A DNA stretch of 63,348 nucleotides from Verrucomicrobiota bacterium (GTDB lineage Bacteria; Verrucomicrobiota; Verrucomicrobiia; Limisphaerales; UBA9464), in the NCBI GenBank assembly GCA_008933025.1, contig WBXI01000002.1, positions 1 through 63,348 on the forward strand. Reading direction: 5' to 3'. The position numbers and the translations under genes are program-made. Position 1 is the stretch's first letter. Every line of letters begins with the position of its first letter. Positions 28,041-37,063 of the stretch are shown here, piece by piece. Below the pieces are notes generated by a model. It saw nothing but the letters and a program-made list of their open reading frames with translations, was not told the origin of the DNA and searched no databases.

Positions 28041-28326
28041 GACGGCCGCCAGCGTAGGCTTGCCCGGCCCGCGTGAACAGGGGAGACCCGGGTCCGGATG
28101 GAGGTCCCGGGATCCGGCCGGCCCGGACGAGGTTTGTCGCGCCGCCGGCCAATGAAACACCGTCGGTTCATCGGCCAAGGCCCCGGGCTTCTTCCCGCCG
28201 GTCCAACCGCCCGACCATGGCGGCGACAACACGCGCCCGCTTGCCGGCGGCGCGATGCCGTCACAGGATCGCCCACCGCCACCGCTTCACTCGCACGCGA
28301 TGCCTTCCATGCCGTCTTCCCGCGCC

Positions 28327-29250
28327 ATGCCGAACCGATGCCACCTCGGCTTGGCCTTCGTCCGGGGGTTGTTCGCACTGGTGGCCGCCGCGACCACGGG
28401 ATGCTCGGCGCCCCGGACAACCCCGCCGGCACAACTCACGACCCCGGCGGTTCGGCATCCCGAAATGCGGTCGTGGTTCGGATCGACCCCGACCCTCGAC
28501 GGCATCCTTTCCCCCGGCGAATGGGCGGACGCGGCCCGGTTCGAGGGTGTCCGCGATTGGGTCCCCGAGTTTTCGCCCGTCGAACGCGACGCCGACCTGT
28601 CGCTGACCGGCTGGGTGAAACACGACGAACATTGGCTCTACTTCGCGTTCGAGGTCACCGACGACGTCCTCTACGGGATCGGCACCCCACGCTGGCTTCC
28701 GGCCGAGAACCCCAAGGCCCACGAACTGGGCCGGGATGGTTTTCCATGGTTTGGCGACGAACTCGAGATCCTCGTGAACGGCCCGAACCGCTGGGTCGGC
28801 GACGAGGACGCGGACGGGACGGCTGCCTCGTGGCAGATGGTCTGCAACCTGACCAAGTCCCGGCTGGGAGGGATCGGCGTCGGCGGGTTGATGGAGGGCG
28901 AGCCGCGCAGTGCGGTGTCGGCATGGAACACCTACCGCGGGTGGATCGAGGGCGGCGTCCAGCGGGCGGTGGCCAAAGTCCGTCCGGGTGGCCACGGCTA
29001 CGTGGTCGAATGGGCGGTGCGCCTCGATCCCTGCATCGAGCCGCGTCCGGGCCATCCCTATGCCCCGGGGGACGGGATCGTGGGCGTGGGATTGAATGTC
29101 GCCGTGGGCGATCTGGATCGCCCGGGGGACGGCACGGGGAATTTCGGCGGTTTCCACCACGAGCAGTGGTGGGCGGGGGCGCCCCACACGCGGACCCACA
29201 AGAGCAATCTGGGCACGCTGTGGCTGATGGGGGATCGACGGCGCCCGTAG
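28327..29250 (+). CDS. lipoprotein with CBM9/DOMON-like carbohydrate-binding fold
   Basis: ATG 28327 gives MPNRCHLGLAFVRGLFALVAAATTGCSAP. The DGILSPGEWADA...HDEHWLYFAFEVTDDVLYG pattern is typical of family-9-like binding modules. Upstream ATGs at 28255 and 28300 are possible. Confidence 0.6.
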   Translation: MPNRCHLGLAFVRGLFALVAAATTGCSAPRTTPPAQLTTPAVRHPEMRSWFGSTPTLDGILSPGEWADAARFEGVRDWVPEFSPVERDADLSLTGWVKHDEHWLYFAFEVTDDVLYGIGTPRWLPAENPKAHELGRDGFPWFGDELEILVNGPNRWVGDEDADGTAASWQMVCNLTKSRLGGIGVGGLMEGEPRSAVSAWNTYRGWIEGGVQRAVAKVRPGGHGYVVEWAVRLDPCIEPRPGHPYAPGDGIVGVGLNVAVGDLDRPGDGTGNFGGFHHEQWWAGAPHTRTHKSNLGTLWLMGDRRRP

Positions 29251-29372
29251 CGGGGCCCGTCTTGGTCCCGCCGCCGGGGTGCGCCTAGGGTTGGATGCCA
29301 AGACTCCCCGGCAAGGGACGTCCCCAGGGCGCGGCCATCGACACCCCGTGCGGAAACCATTAGCGTTTTCGT

Positions 29373-30005
29373 GTGAGTCGCGTGGCCGAGTTTCAGGTGC
29401 GGGTGGTGGAGTTGCCGGGTTTGCATTCGGCACTGGGGCGTGCATTGGGCGAGGCCGGGGAAGGCGCGCCGCGCATCCGCGAACTTCTGGAACAATCCGT
29501 CCGGGTATGCTGCGTGGGTTGTGGGATCACGGTGACGGCCGACGAACTCGAGGCGCTGGCGCTGGCGACGGAGTCCGGCACGCCTTCGCCGCGGCTCGAG
29601 CGGTTGCGGCTTGGCTATTGCGCCCGCAACGGCTGCGACAGCCGGTTCTACATCGTTTCGGCGGGGACCGGCATGGTTGGCTGGCCGACGGTGTTCCGCC
29701 GGACGAAGGAATTGATGTCGTCCAAGGCGGACGCCGAGACGGAGCCGACGGAGTCCGGTCCGGCGACCCCGGCACGGACTTTCCGGCAGCAATGGCGCCG
29801 GGTGCAACTCGCCGTGCTGGGCTCGGTGGTGGCGGTGGTGCTGTTGGCCTGGTGGTGGCGCAGCGGCGCCCGCATCCCCGGCATATCGCCCAGGGCACGG
29901 CAATTCATCGTGGCACCCGGGGATTCCCCGGCGGCACCGGCGCCGTCCGAGGGACAGCAGCGGCGGGGCGCCACCAACGCCCCGCGCAATTTCCAGGTCC
30001 GCTGA
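29373..30005 (+). CDS. hypothetical single-pass membrane protein with Cys4 zinc-ribbon-like N-domain
   Basis: GTG start at 29373. CCVGCG...CARNGC cysteine pairs, a TM helix VQLAVLGSVVAVVLLAWWW, and a Pro/Ala-rich tail. Confidence 0.5.
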   Translation: MSRVAEFQVRVVELPGLHSALGRALGEAGEGAPRIRELLEQSVRVCCVGCGITVTADELEALALATESGTPSPRLERLRLGYCARNGCDSRFYIVSAGTGMVGWPTVFRRTKELMSSKADAETEPTESGPATPARTFRQQWRRVQLAVLGSVVAVVLLAWWWRSGARIPGISPRARQFIVAPGDSPAAPAPSEGQQRRGATNAPRNFQVR

Positions 30006-30035
30006 CCGAACGATCCGTCCGCGAACCGACCCCGG

Positions 30036-31352
30036 TCAGATCGCGAAGTCGTTGTACTCGGGCTTCACCGCTTCGGTCGGGGGCATGAGCATGCCGGCGG
30101 CAACCGTCTGGTTCGTGCCCTGCTCGATGAGGATGAACGATCCGGTCAGCCGATTCGTGGCGTAGCCATCGTAAACCAGCGGCTTGGAAACGCGGAACCG
30201 GATGCTCCCGACGTCGTTCATCGCCAATTCGGCGGGCTCGGGCTCGGATTCGAAAGTGTGGATGTTGATGCGGTTCTCGATGGAGGTGACGACCGCCTGG
30301 ACCGTCTGCGCGGCGTGCTTGAGGAAGTACTTTTTGCCGCGTTGCAACGGGCGGGGCTGCATCCAGCACACGCGTGCTTCCAGATCGGCCGATTTGCCGG
30401 GGAGTGACTCGAGGCCAACGAGCATGTCGCCGCGGGAAATGTCGAGGTCGTCGGCCAACTGGATGGTGACGCTCTGCGGGCAGAAGGCCTCGGGGATCGG
30501 GCCGTCGTAGGTCCAGATCTGCTTCACGGTGCTCTTGAGGCCGGACGGGAGGACCATGACGCGCTGGCCGACCTTGACGATGCCGCCGGCCAACTGGCCG
30601 CTGAGGCCGCGGAAATCGTGCAGCGCGGGATTCGTCGGGTCGTTGGGGCGGTTGACCCACTGGACGGGCATGCGAAAGCCCTGGAGGTTCCAATCGCTGG
30701 CGATGTGGACGGTCTCGAGATGCCCGAGCAGCGTGGGGCCGACGTACCACGGGGTGTGGGGCGAGGGATCGACGACGTTGTCGCCGTTGAGCGCGCTGAT
30801 GGGGATGAACTTGACGTCCTTGATGTCGAGCAACGGGAGGAAGCTCTCGAACTCGTCGCGGATCTCGAGGAACCGGGCCTCGCTCCAGCCAACGAGGTCC
30901 ATCTTGTTGACGGCGATGACGAGGTGCGGGATGCGGAGGAGCGACGCGAGGTAGGTATGGCGGCGGGATTGCTCGATGACGCCCAGCCGGGCGTCGACGA
31001 GGACGACGGACAGGTTCGCGGTGGAGGCGCCGGTCACCATGTTGCGCGTGTACTGCACGTGTCCCGGGGTGTCGGCGACGATGAACTTGCGGCGCGGCGT
31101 GGCGAAGTAGCGGTAGGCGACGTCGATGGTGATCCCCTGCTCGCGCTCGGCACGGAGGCCGTCGGTCAGGTTGGCGAGATTGATCTGCCCGCCGCCGGTG
31201 ATGTCGGCGGATCGTTCGAGGGCCTCGAGTTGGTCCTCCATGAGATTCTTCGAGTCATAGAGCAGGCGCCCGATGAGGGTGGACTTTCCGTCGTCCACGG
31301 AACCGCAGGTGTTGAAGCGGAGGAGTTCGATGGGATGCGGCGAATTCGGCAT
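30036..31352 (-). CDS. cysN: sulfate adenylyltransferase subunit 1 (GTPase)
   Basis: GTPase motifs GSVDDGKST, DTPGH and NKMD. At 438 aa it has no fused APS-kinase domain. Confidence 0.92.
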   Translation of the reverse strand: MPNSPHPIELLRFNTCGSVDDGKSTLIGRLLYDSKNLMEDQLEALERSADITGGGQINLANLTDGLRAEREQGITIDVAYRYFATPRRKFIVADTPGHVQYTRNMVTGASTANLSVVLVDARLGVIEQSRRHTYLASLLRIPHLVIAVNKMDLVGWSEARFLEIRDEFESFLPLLDIKDVKFIPISALNGDNVVDPSPHTPWYVGPTLLGHLETVHIASDWNLQGFRMPVQWVNRPNDPTNPALHDFRGLSGQLAGGIVKVGQRVMVLPSGLKSTVKQIWTYDGPIPEAFCPQSVTIQLADDLDISRGDMLVGLESLPGKSADLEARVCWMQPRPLQRGKKYFLKHAAQTVQAVVTSIENRINIHTFESEPEPAELAMNDVGSIRFRVSKPLVYDGYATNRLTGSFILIEQGTNQTVAAGMLMPPTEAVKPEYNDFAI

Positions 31353-31384
31353 CGGATGGGTCGGTTCGGGAACGTTTGGGGGCT

Positions 31385-32287
31385 TCAGAAGTAGCCCTGT
31401 TTCTTGCGGTCTTCCATGGCGGCCTCGCTGGCCTTGTCGTCGGCGCGGGAACCGCGTTCGGTGACGCGCGCGGCGGCGATTTCGGCGATGATGTCATCGA
31501 CGTTGTCGGCGGGGCTTTCCACGAGGCCGGTGCTGATGATGTCGCCGATGGTGCGGACGCGGACGACGAGTTCGCGGACCTCTTCCTTGGGACGGGGCGG
31601 GAGGATGTCGGTGACGGGAAGCCATTGGCCGCCCCGTCGGACGCAATCTCGGCGATGGCTGAAGTAGATCGAGGGGACGTCGAGACGCTCCTGGCGGATG
31701 TATTCCCAGACATCCATCTCGGTCCAATTCGAGAGGGGGAACACGCGCATGTTCTCGCCGGGATTCACGCGGGCATTGTAGAGGTTCCAGATCTCGGGCC
31801 GCTGGTTCTTGGGATCCCACTGGCCGAAGGCGTCGCGGAAGCTGAAGAATCGTTCCTTGGCGCGGGCTTTTTCCTCGTCGCGCCGCGCGCCGCCGATGGC
31901 GCAGTCGAAACGGAACTCCTCGAGGGCGGCGAGCAGCGTGGGGATTTGGAGCCGGTTGCGGCTGATCTCGCCGGGGGCGGGAACGGCAATGCCGGCGGCG
32001 ATGGCATCCTCGACCTTGCGGACGATGAGCTTGCCGCCGAGCTCGGCGGCGCGTCGGTCCCGGAACTCGTTGAGTTCGGGAAAATGGTGCCCGGTGTCGA
32101 CGTTCAGGAACGGCATCGGGATGTCGGAAGGCCGGAAGGCCTTCTCCGCGAGCCGCAGGAGGCAGATCGAGTCCTTGCCGCCGGAGAACAGGATCGCGGG
32201 CCGCTCGAATTCGGCGGCCACCTCGCGCATGATGTGGATGGCCTCGGTCTCGAGGAAGCCGAGGTGGTCGAGATGGTAGGAGTTCAC
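31385..32287 (-). CDS. cysD: sulfate adenylyltransferase subunit 2
   Basis: GTG start at 32287 overlaps the cysH stop (GTGA, 32284-32287), giving a 300-aa product collinear with E. coli CysD. Motifs: LDHLGFLETEAIHIMREVAAEF, PP-loop SGGKDS, GGARRDEEKARAKER, KKQGYF end. Confidence 0.92.
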   Translation of the reverse strand: MNSYHLDHLGFLETEAIHIMREVAAEFERPAILFSGGKDSICLLRLAEKAFRPSDIPMPFLNVDTGHHFPELNEFRDRRAAELGGKLIVRKVEDAIAAGIAVPAPGEISRNRLQIPTLLAALEEFRFDCAIGGARRDEEKARAKERFFSFRDAFGQWDPKNQRPEIWNLYNARVNPGENMRVFPLSNWTEMDVWEYIRQERLDVPSIYFSHRRDCVRRGGQWLPVTDILPPRPKEEVRELVVRVRTIGDIISTGLVESPADNVDDIIAEIAAARVTERGSRADDKASEAAMEDRKKQGYF

Positions 32288-32949
32288 GGCTTGGACACGG
32301 CTTTGCCACCCCACGCGGCGTGGAGGCCGCACTCGCGCTTCTCGTCCGCCTTGGCGGGATCGAAATACTCCCACTCGTTGGGCAGGCCGTGGGCCTTGAG
32401 ATACGCTTCCATCTGGTCGTCGCTCCAGTGGAAGACGGGGCTGACCTTGAGGGCACCGAAATTGGGATCGTCGCCGACGATGTCGAGGCCGGCACGGCTG
32501 GGGTTCTGGACGCGGCGGAGCGCGGTGAACCAGACGGTGGGGGCGAGTTCGCGCATGCCGCGCTGGAACGGCTCGAGTTTCATCGCGGCGCTGAACGCCT
32601 TGATGCGCTCCTCGTTTTCCGCGGTGGGTTCCGGCGCGCCGCCGTGCACCGCGTCGTAATGGGCCGCGGTGATCCGCGGGACGTAGGCGCGGAGGTTGAG
32701 TCCCAGCAGCCGGCTCACGGCTTCGGCGTGCCGGTACGTGGCGGGCTTGTTGTAGCCATGGTCGACCCAGAGCACCCGGATGTCCGGTTGGATCCGGGTG
32801 ACCAGATGGAGCAACACCGCCTCGTAGGGACGGAAGTTGGTCGAGACGACGGCGCGGCCGTCGGCTTGGGCGAGACCCCAGCGGACGACGTCGAGCGGGT
32901 CCTTGCCGTGGAGTTCGGCGTTGGCGCGGGCGATTTGGTCGGCGTTCAT
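32284..32949 (-). CDS. cysH: phosphoadenosine-phosphosulfate (PAPS)-type reductase, no Fe-S motif
   Basis: Collinear with E. coli CysH and ends with KRECGLH. It lacks the CC...CxxC cluster motif of APS reductases. Confidence 0.85.
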   Translation of the reverse strand: MNADQIARANAELHGKDPLDVVRWGLAQADGRAVVSTNFRPYEAVLLHLVTRIQPDIRVLWVDHGYNKPATYRHAEAVSRLLGLNLRAYVPRITAAHYDAVHGGAPEPTAENEERIKAFSAAMKLEPFQRGMRELAPTVWFTALRRVQNPSRAGLDIVGDDPNFGALKVSPVFHWSDDQMEAYLKAHGLPNEWEYFDPAKADEKRECGLHAAWGGKAVSKP

Positions 32950-32974
32950 GGGAGCGCGGATCCGGGTCGGGATG

Positions 32975-34672
32975 TCAGTTGGCGGCCGGGGTCGGGGCGG
33001 ATTCGTTCCAGAAGACGCGGGCCACCCAATCGCCGAAACGTTCGCCGGGCGTGCGCTCGGCGGCGTACCGGACCAGCAGGGGGCGGAGTTCCTGCTCGAT
33101 CTCCGCCTCTTTCAGCAGCTCTTTCCAAACGCGGTTGATGCGCGTGCCGGGCGCGTTGCCGCCGAGCCAGACCTGGTAGCGACCGGGCGCCTTGCCGACG
33201 AAACCGATTTCCGCCAGATAGGGCCGCGCACAACCGTTGGGACAGCCCGTCATGCGGATCACGATCTCCTGGCCGGCGAGCCCGACCTCGGCGGCGAGCG
33301 CCTCGATGCGGTCCAGAAGTCCCGGGAGAAAACGCTCGGACTCGGCGAGACCAAGTCCGCAGGTCGGCAGCGAGGGGCACCCGATGGCGCCGGCATGCAG
33401 GACGGTGGTCTGGCGCGACGTCCGGACACCGTGGGCGGCGAGCAACGCGTCGACGGCGTCCTTTTGGTCGGGCGCGACGTCGGCGAGGAGGAGGTTCTGG
33501 TTGGCCGTCAGGCGGAACTCCACGGCCGGGAATTGCTCGGCCACCGTGCGGAGCGCGGTCTTCAGGCGCAGGACGCCCTCGTCCTTGATGCGGCCCATGG
33601 AGACATGCAGCCCGAGGAACCATTTGCCGTCGCCCTGCGGATGCCAGTCGTGGATGTCCGCCGTGTCCTTGAATTCGAACGGTCGGACGGCACCGAGGAC
33701 GACGTCGGCGCGGCGCTCGATCTCGGCCTTGGCCCAGTCGGTGCCCCGTTCCGCTATCACATACTTAAGGCGCGCATGCTTCCGGTCGGTGCGATCGCCG
33801 AAATCGCGGTGGATCGTGAGGACGGCCTTCGCGATGTCGACGAGCTTGTCCGGCGTGAAAAAGCCGAGGACATCGGCAAGGCGCGGGAACGTGCCCTCGT
33901 TGCCATGGCTGCGGCCCATGCCACCGCCCACGGCAAGGTTGTAACCGACGACATTGCCGTTCTCGACCACCGCGATGAATCCGAGGTCGTTGGCGAGGAC
34001 ATCCATGTCGTTGGAGGGCGGGATGACGAAGGCGACCTTGAACTTCCGGGGCAGGTATTGCTTGCCGTAGAGCGGGTCGACGAAATCCTTGTTCTCGGCG
34101 GCGGCGAGGTCGAGCTGGACACCCTCGACCCAGATGGCGTGGTACGCGCGGGTTTTCGGCAGGAGCGAATCGGAGACCAGACGCGAGTGTTCGTAGAGTT
34201 GGCGCCGCGCGTTGTCGAAAGCGGGAGTCGGCGCGGCCATGACGTTGCGGTTGACGTCGCCGCACGCCGCGAGGGTGTCGAGCAGGGACTCGTTGATCGA
34301 CTTCATCAACGGCCCGAGACCGGCCTTCACGACGCCATGGAACTGGATGCTCTGGCGCGTGGTGATGCGGAGGGTCTGGTTCCCGTGCCGCGTGGCGAGG
34401 TCGTCGAAGACCCGATACTGCGCGGACGTGAGCACGCCGCCGGGGATGCGGCCCCGGATCATGAACATGTAGTGCTTGGCGATCTTGCGCTTGTCGCGGT
34501 CGTCCTGTTGGTAAATCCCGTGGAACTTCAGGAATTGCTCGTCGTCCGACGAGAAACAGGCGGCTGCGGGATCCGCCAACGTGGCGGCTAGATTGCCCGC
34601 GAGCGTCGGGATGTTGGTCTTCAACACCTCGTTCCGCGTCAACGACTTCGTGCTCTCGGCTGCTTCGGCCAT
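32975..34672 (-). CDS. cysI: sulfite reductase haemoprotein (sirohaem/[4Fe-4S])
   Basis: FLKFHGIYQQDDRD and TTRQSIQFHGV motifs. Cluster ligands CPSLPTCGLG and TGCPNGCARP. Confidence 0.92.
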   Translation of the reverse strand: MAEAAESTKSLTRNEVLKTNIPTLAGNLAATLADPAAACFSSDDEQFLKFHGIYQQDDRDKRKIAKHYMFMIRGRIPGGVLTSAQYRVFDDLATRHGNQTLRITTRQSIQFHGVVKAGLGPLMKSINESLLDTLAACGDVNRNVMAAPTPAFDNARRQLYEHSRLVSDSLLPKTRAYHAIWVEGVQLDLAAAENKDFVDPLYGKQYLPRKFKVAFVIPPSNDMDVLANDLGFIAVVENGNVVGYNLAVGGGMGRSHGNEGTFPRLADVLGFFTPDKLVDIAKAVLTIHRDFGDRTDRKHARLKYVIAERGTDWAKAEIERRADVVLGAVRPFEFKDTADIHDWHPQGDGKWFLGLHVSMGRIKDEGVLRLKTALRTVAEQFPAVEFRLTANQNLLLADVAPDQKDAVDALLAAHGVRTSRQTTVLHAGAIGCPSLPTCGLGLAESERFLPGLLDRIEALAAEVGLAGQEIVIRMTGCPNGCARPYLAEIGFVGKAPGRYQVWLGGNAPGTRINRVWKELLKEAEIEQELRPLLVRYAAERTPGERFGDWVARVFWNESAPTPAAN

Positions 34673-34700
34673 AAATCTTACGTTAAATACTGAAGATACT

Positions 34701-34730
34701 AATATATCGCACCCAATCCACCTTCGTCAA
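34701..34730 (-). promoter_or_regulatory. sigma70-like promoter of the cysIHDN operon
   Basis: On the minus strand: TTGACG (34730-34725), 18 nt, TATATT (34706-34701), within the only conspicuously AT-rich stretch of the window. It lies 28 nt upstream of the cysI ATG (34672). Confidence 0.45.
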
Positions 34731-34810
34731 TGGCTCCGGGGCGATCGCTGCCCTCCGACTACGTAACCATCGTCCTCCAAACCTGTAGAGGGTGGTCGAA
34801 ACCCAACGCC

Positions 34811-35614
34811 ATGAAAACTCCAATCCTCGCAGTGCCTGCCGCGTTCTTCGTAACCCTCGCCGCGCTCCCGCTTCCCCGTGGGCTCGGCCAAATCGTCCTC
34901 ACCCAGTGGGACTTCAATTCCGTCCCACCCGACACCACGACCACCACCGGAAGCCTCGTGCCCCGGACCGGGATCGGTTCCGTCACCGGATTCGGCGGCG
35001 TATCGGCTGGCTTCAGCGATGCCACGGGCTCGTCGGATCCGGCCAAGAAAGACAATACCGGCCTGAACCTTTCCACCTTTGCCCCCCAGGGAACGGGCAA
35101 CGGGAGCCGGGGGGTGTTGTTCCGGGTTCCCACCCTGGGGCACCAGGACATTTCGGTCTCGTGGGACCAGCGCTTCAGCGGCACCGCCGCCCGTGGCTAC
35201 CAATTCCAGTACACGCTCGACGGCAGTTCCTTCGTCCCGTACGCGACCTTCTCCAACTCCGCGGGAGGAAACGCGTGGGTGCCGGGGAATTCGGTGGAAC
35301 TCGGCCAGATTCCCGGCGTCGCCGACAACCCGGACTTCGGGTTTCGCATCGTGGCCGTGTTCGATCCCGGCACCACCGCCTACGGGGCCTCCGGCGTGGG
35401 CAGTACTTACGGCACGAGTGGAACGTGGCGTTTCGACGAGGTGACGGTCCGCGGGACCGCGATGCCCACCGTGATCCCCGAGCCCCATGAATACGCCTTG
35501 ATGGCGGCGGGCAGTCTCGCCGGATTCGCGTGGTGGCGTCGCCACTCCCGTCGGGAAGGGGGCGGGACTTCGCCGGGTGCCGGGCATGGAACCCACGGGC
35601 GCGGGCGGGCTTGA
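34811..35614 (+). CDS. PEP-CTERM sorting-domain protein
   Basis: ATG 34811 with signal peptide MKTPILAVPAAFFVTLAALPL. C-terminal VIPEPHEYALMAAGSLAGFAWWRRHSRRE is the PEP motif plus TM helix plus basic cluster. Confidence 0.8.
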   Translation: MKTPILAVPAAFFVTLAALPLPRGLGQIVLTQWDFNSVPPDTTTTTGSLVPRTGIGSVTGFGGVSAGFSDATGSSDPAKKDNTGLNLSTFAPQGTGNGSRGVLFRVPTLGHQDISVSWDQRFSGTAARGYQFQYTLDGSSFVPYATFSNSAGGNAWVPGNSVELGQIPGVADNPDFGFRIVAVFDPGTTAYGASGVGSTYGTSGTWRFDEVTVRGTAMPTVIPEPHEYALMAAGSLAGFAWWRRHSRREGGGTSPGAGHGTHGRGRA

Positions 35615-35732
35615 AAGCCCCGCCCCACGGGCATGCAAGGCCCCGCGGGATTCGCGCGGCCTCCGCGTCGCCGCCTGCAATGCCGCGAACTGCGGGCCGG
35701 GGCTCCCAACCCGGCGGTTCTTCAAGGGGCTG

Positions 35733-37004
35733 TCACGGCTCGACGCTGACCGGAAGCCCCACCCACGCCATTTGCCGCAGGTAGTCCGCGTCCCAGTTCG
35801 CGAGCCGGAAACATCCGTGGCTTTCGGTTCGGCCCACCTGCTCCGGGGCCGGTGTCCCATGGATGCCGTAACCGGGTCGATCGAGCCCAATCCACGCGAC
35901 TCCCACGGGATTGTTGGGCCCCGGCGGCAGCACCAACCGACGTCGCAGCGTCCGAGCTTCGGCGGATTCCGGGAACACCGCGGGATCGAAGGTGTAGTTG
36001 GGATCCTTCGCGACGACCGCGACGTGGAGGGATCCGACGGGACGCTTTTCGGCGATGCGTCCGATGCTGCAGGGGAAATGCGCGACCAATCCCCCGTGCT
36101 CGTCGAAAGCGCGCAATTGGCGGCCGGCAAGACCGATGCGGATCCGGGCGATGCGACGGGCCGGTGGGAACCGGGCGTCGGGCACGGCGACGGCCGTCCC
36201 GGGCGTGGCCGCGGCCCAGTCGATTCCCGGGTTCATTCGGCGGACGAGGGACGGGTGCGCATGGGCCGATTCGGCGACGAGTTCGAGGATCGATTCGTAG
36301 TCCAGGGACTCCATGCCCGATTTGCCGAGCCACGTCGGCGGGATGCGAACGAGCCGTTCCCGGTGCGCGGGGGTGACGACGAAAGTGGCGAACGGGGGGC
36401 GATCGAGGCGCAGCGCGCGGATGGTTTCGCGGTCGAGACGCCCGGTCTGCTCGAGGCCCGACTTCAGTTGGAACGCCCGGATGGCGGCCGCCGATTGGGC
36501 GCCCGCAACCCCGTCGATGGACCCGCCGCTGATGCCTTGGGCGACGAGGGCGATCTGGGCCTCGAGCAGGTTGGTGACCGGACGGGGCACCCATGGGGCG
36601 CCGACTGGGCCGGGCAACAAGCGAGGCGGTGCTTCGGACGGTGTTTCCGCCGGCGGCATCCGCGCCGCGGGGGTGGCCGGTGGAGGCGGTGGGACCTTCA
36701 ACAGATTCGTCGAGACTTGGACGACGGGTGGTGGCGCCGGCGGTTGGGTGGGCGCGGGGGGAAGCGGTTCCACGACCGGGGCAACAACGCTGGGAGGGAA
36801 AGCCGCATCGGGCGCCGGCGACCCCGATTCGAGCAGCAACCAGACAACCGCGCCGCAGACCAGGACGACGAGCAATCCGGCCAGAATCCAACGGCCCGCG
36901 CCTCGGGAGCGCGAGTCCTTGGGAAGACGATAACCCTTTTGTCGTCGGCCGGCCACGGGGGCAGCGTACCCCCGCGACCCCGCGCGGCGCCATCCCGCCG
37001 CCAA
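35733..37004 (-). CDS. L,D-transpeptidase (YkuD) with peptidoglycan-binding domain, membrane-anchored
   Basis: C-terminal YkuD block GIHGTPAPEQVGRTESHGCFRL. PG_binding_1-like segment GVAGAQSAAAIRAFQLKSGLEQTGRLD. N-terminal TM helix WILAGLLVVLVCGAVVWLLL. No ATG start: TTG at 37004, or GTG at 36956. Confidence 0.8.
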   Translation of the reverse strand: MAAGWRRAGSRGYAAPVAGRRQKGYRLPKDSRSRGAGRWILAGLLVVLVCGAVVWLLLESGSPAPDAAFPPSVVAPVVEPLPPAPTQPPAPPPVVQVSTNLLKVPPPPPATPAARMPPAETPSEAPPRLLPGPVGAPWVPRPVTNLLEAQIALVAQGISGGSIDGVAGAQSAAAIRAFQLKSGLEQTGRLDRETIRALRLDRPPFATFVVTPAHRERLVRIPPTWLGKSGMESLDYESILELVAESAHAHPSLVRRMNPGIDWAAATPGTAVAVPDARFPPARRIARIRIGLAGRQLRAFDEHGGLVAHFPCSIGRIAEKRPVGSLHVAVVAKDPNYTFDPAVFPESAEARTLRRRLVLPPGPNNPVGVAWIGLDRPGYGIHGTPAPEQVGRTESHGCFRLANWDADYLRQMAWVGLPVSVEP

Positions 37005-37028
37005 AGGCGTCCGAATCCGTCGCCGGCC

Positions 37029-37056
37029 TTGACCGTCGAACGCGCGTGCCTAGCCT
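37029..37056 (+). promoter_or_regulatory. sigma70-like promoter, probable leaderless start of PA14-pentahaem gene
   Basis: TTGACC (37029-37034), 16 nt, TAGCCT (37051-37056), 7 nt, ATG 37064. The architecture is identical to 5018-5053. Confidence 0.4.
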
Positions 37057-37063
37057 GCGCGCG

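Noticed and set aside
32284-32949. Calling cysH an APS reductase, as is usual for operons lacking cysC
   Set aside because: The Fe-S cluster cysteine motifs (CC...CxxC) are absent, so the sequence is of the PAPS-reductase type. Substrate is left open in the findings.
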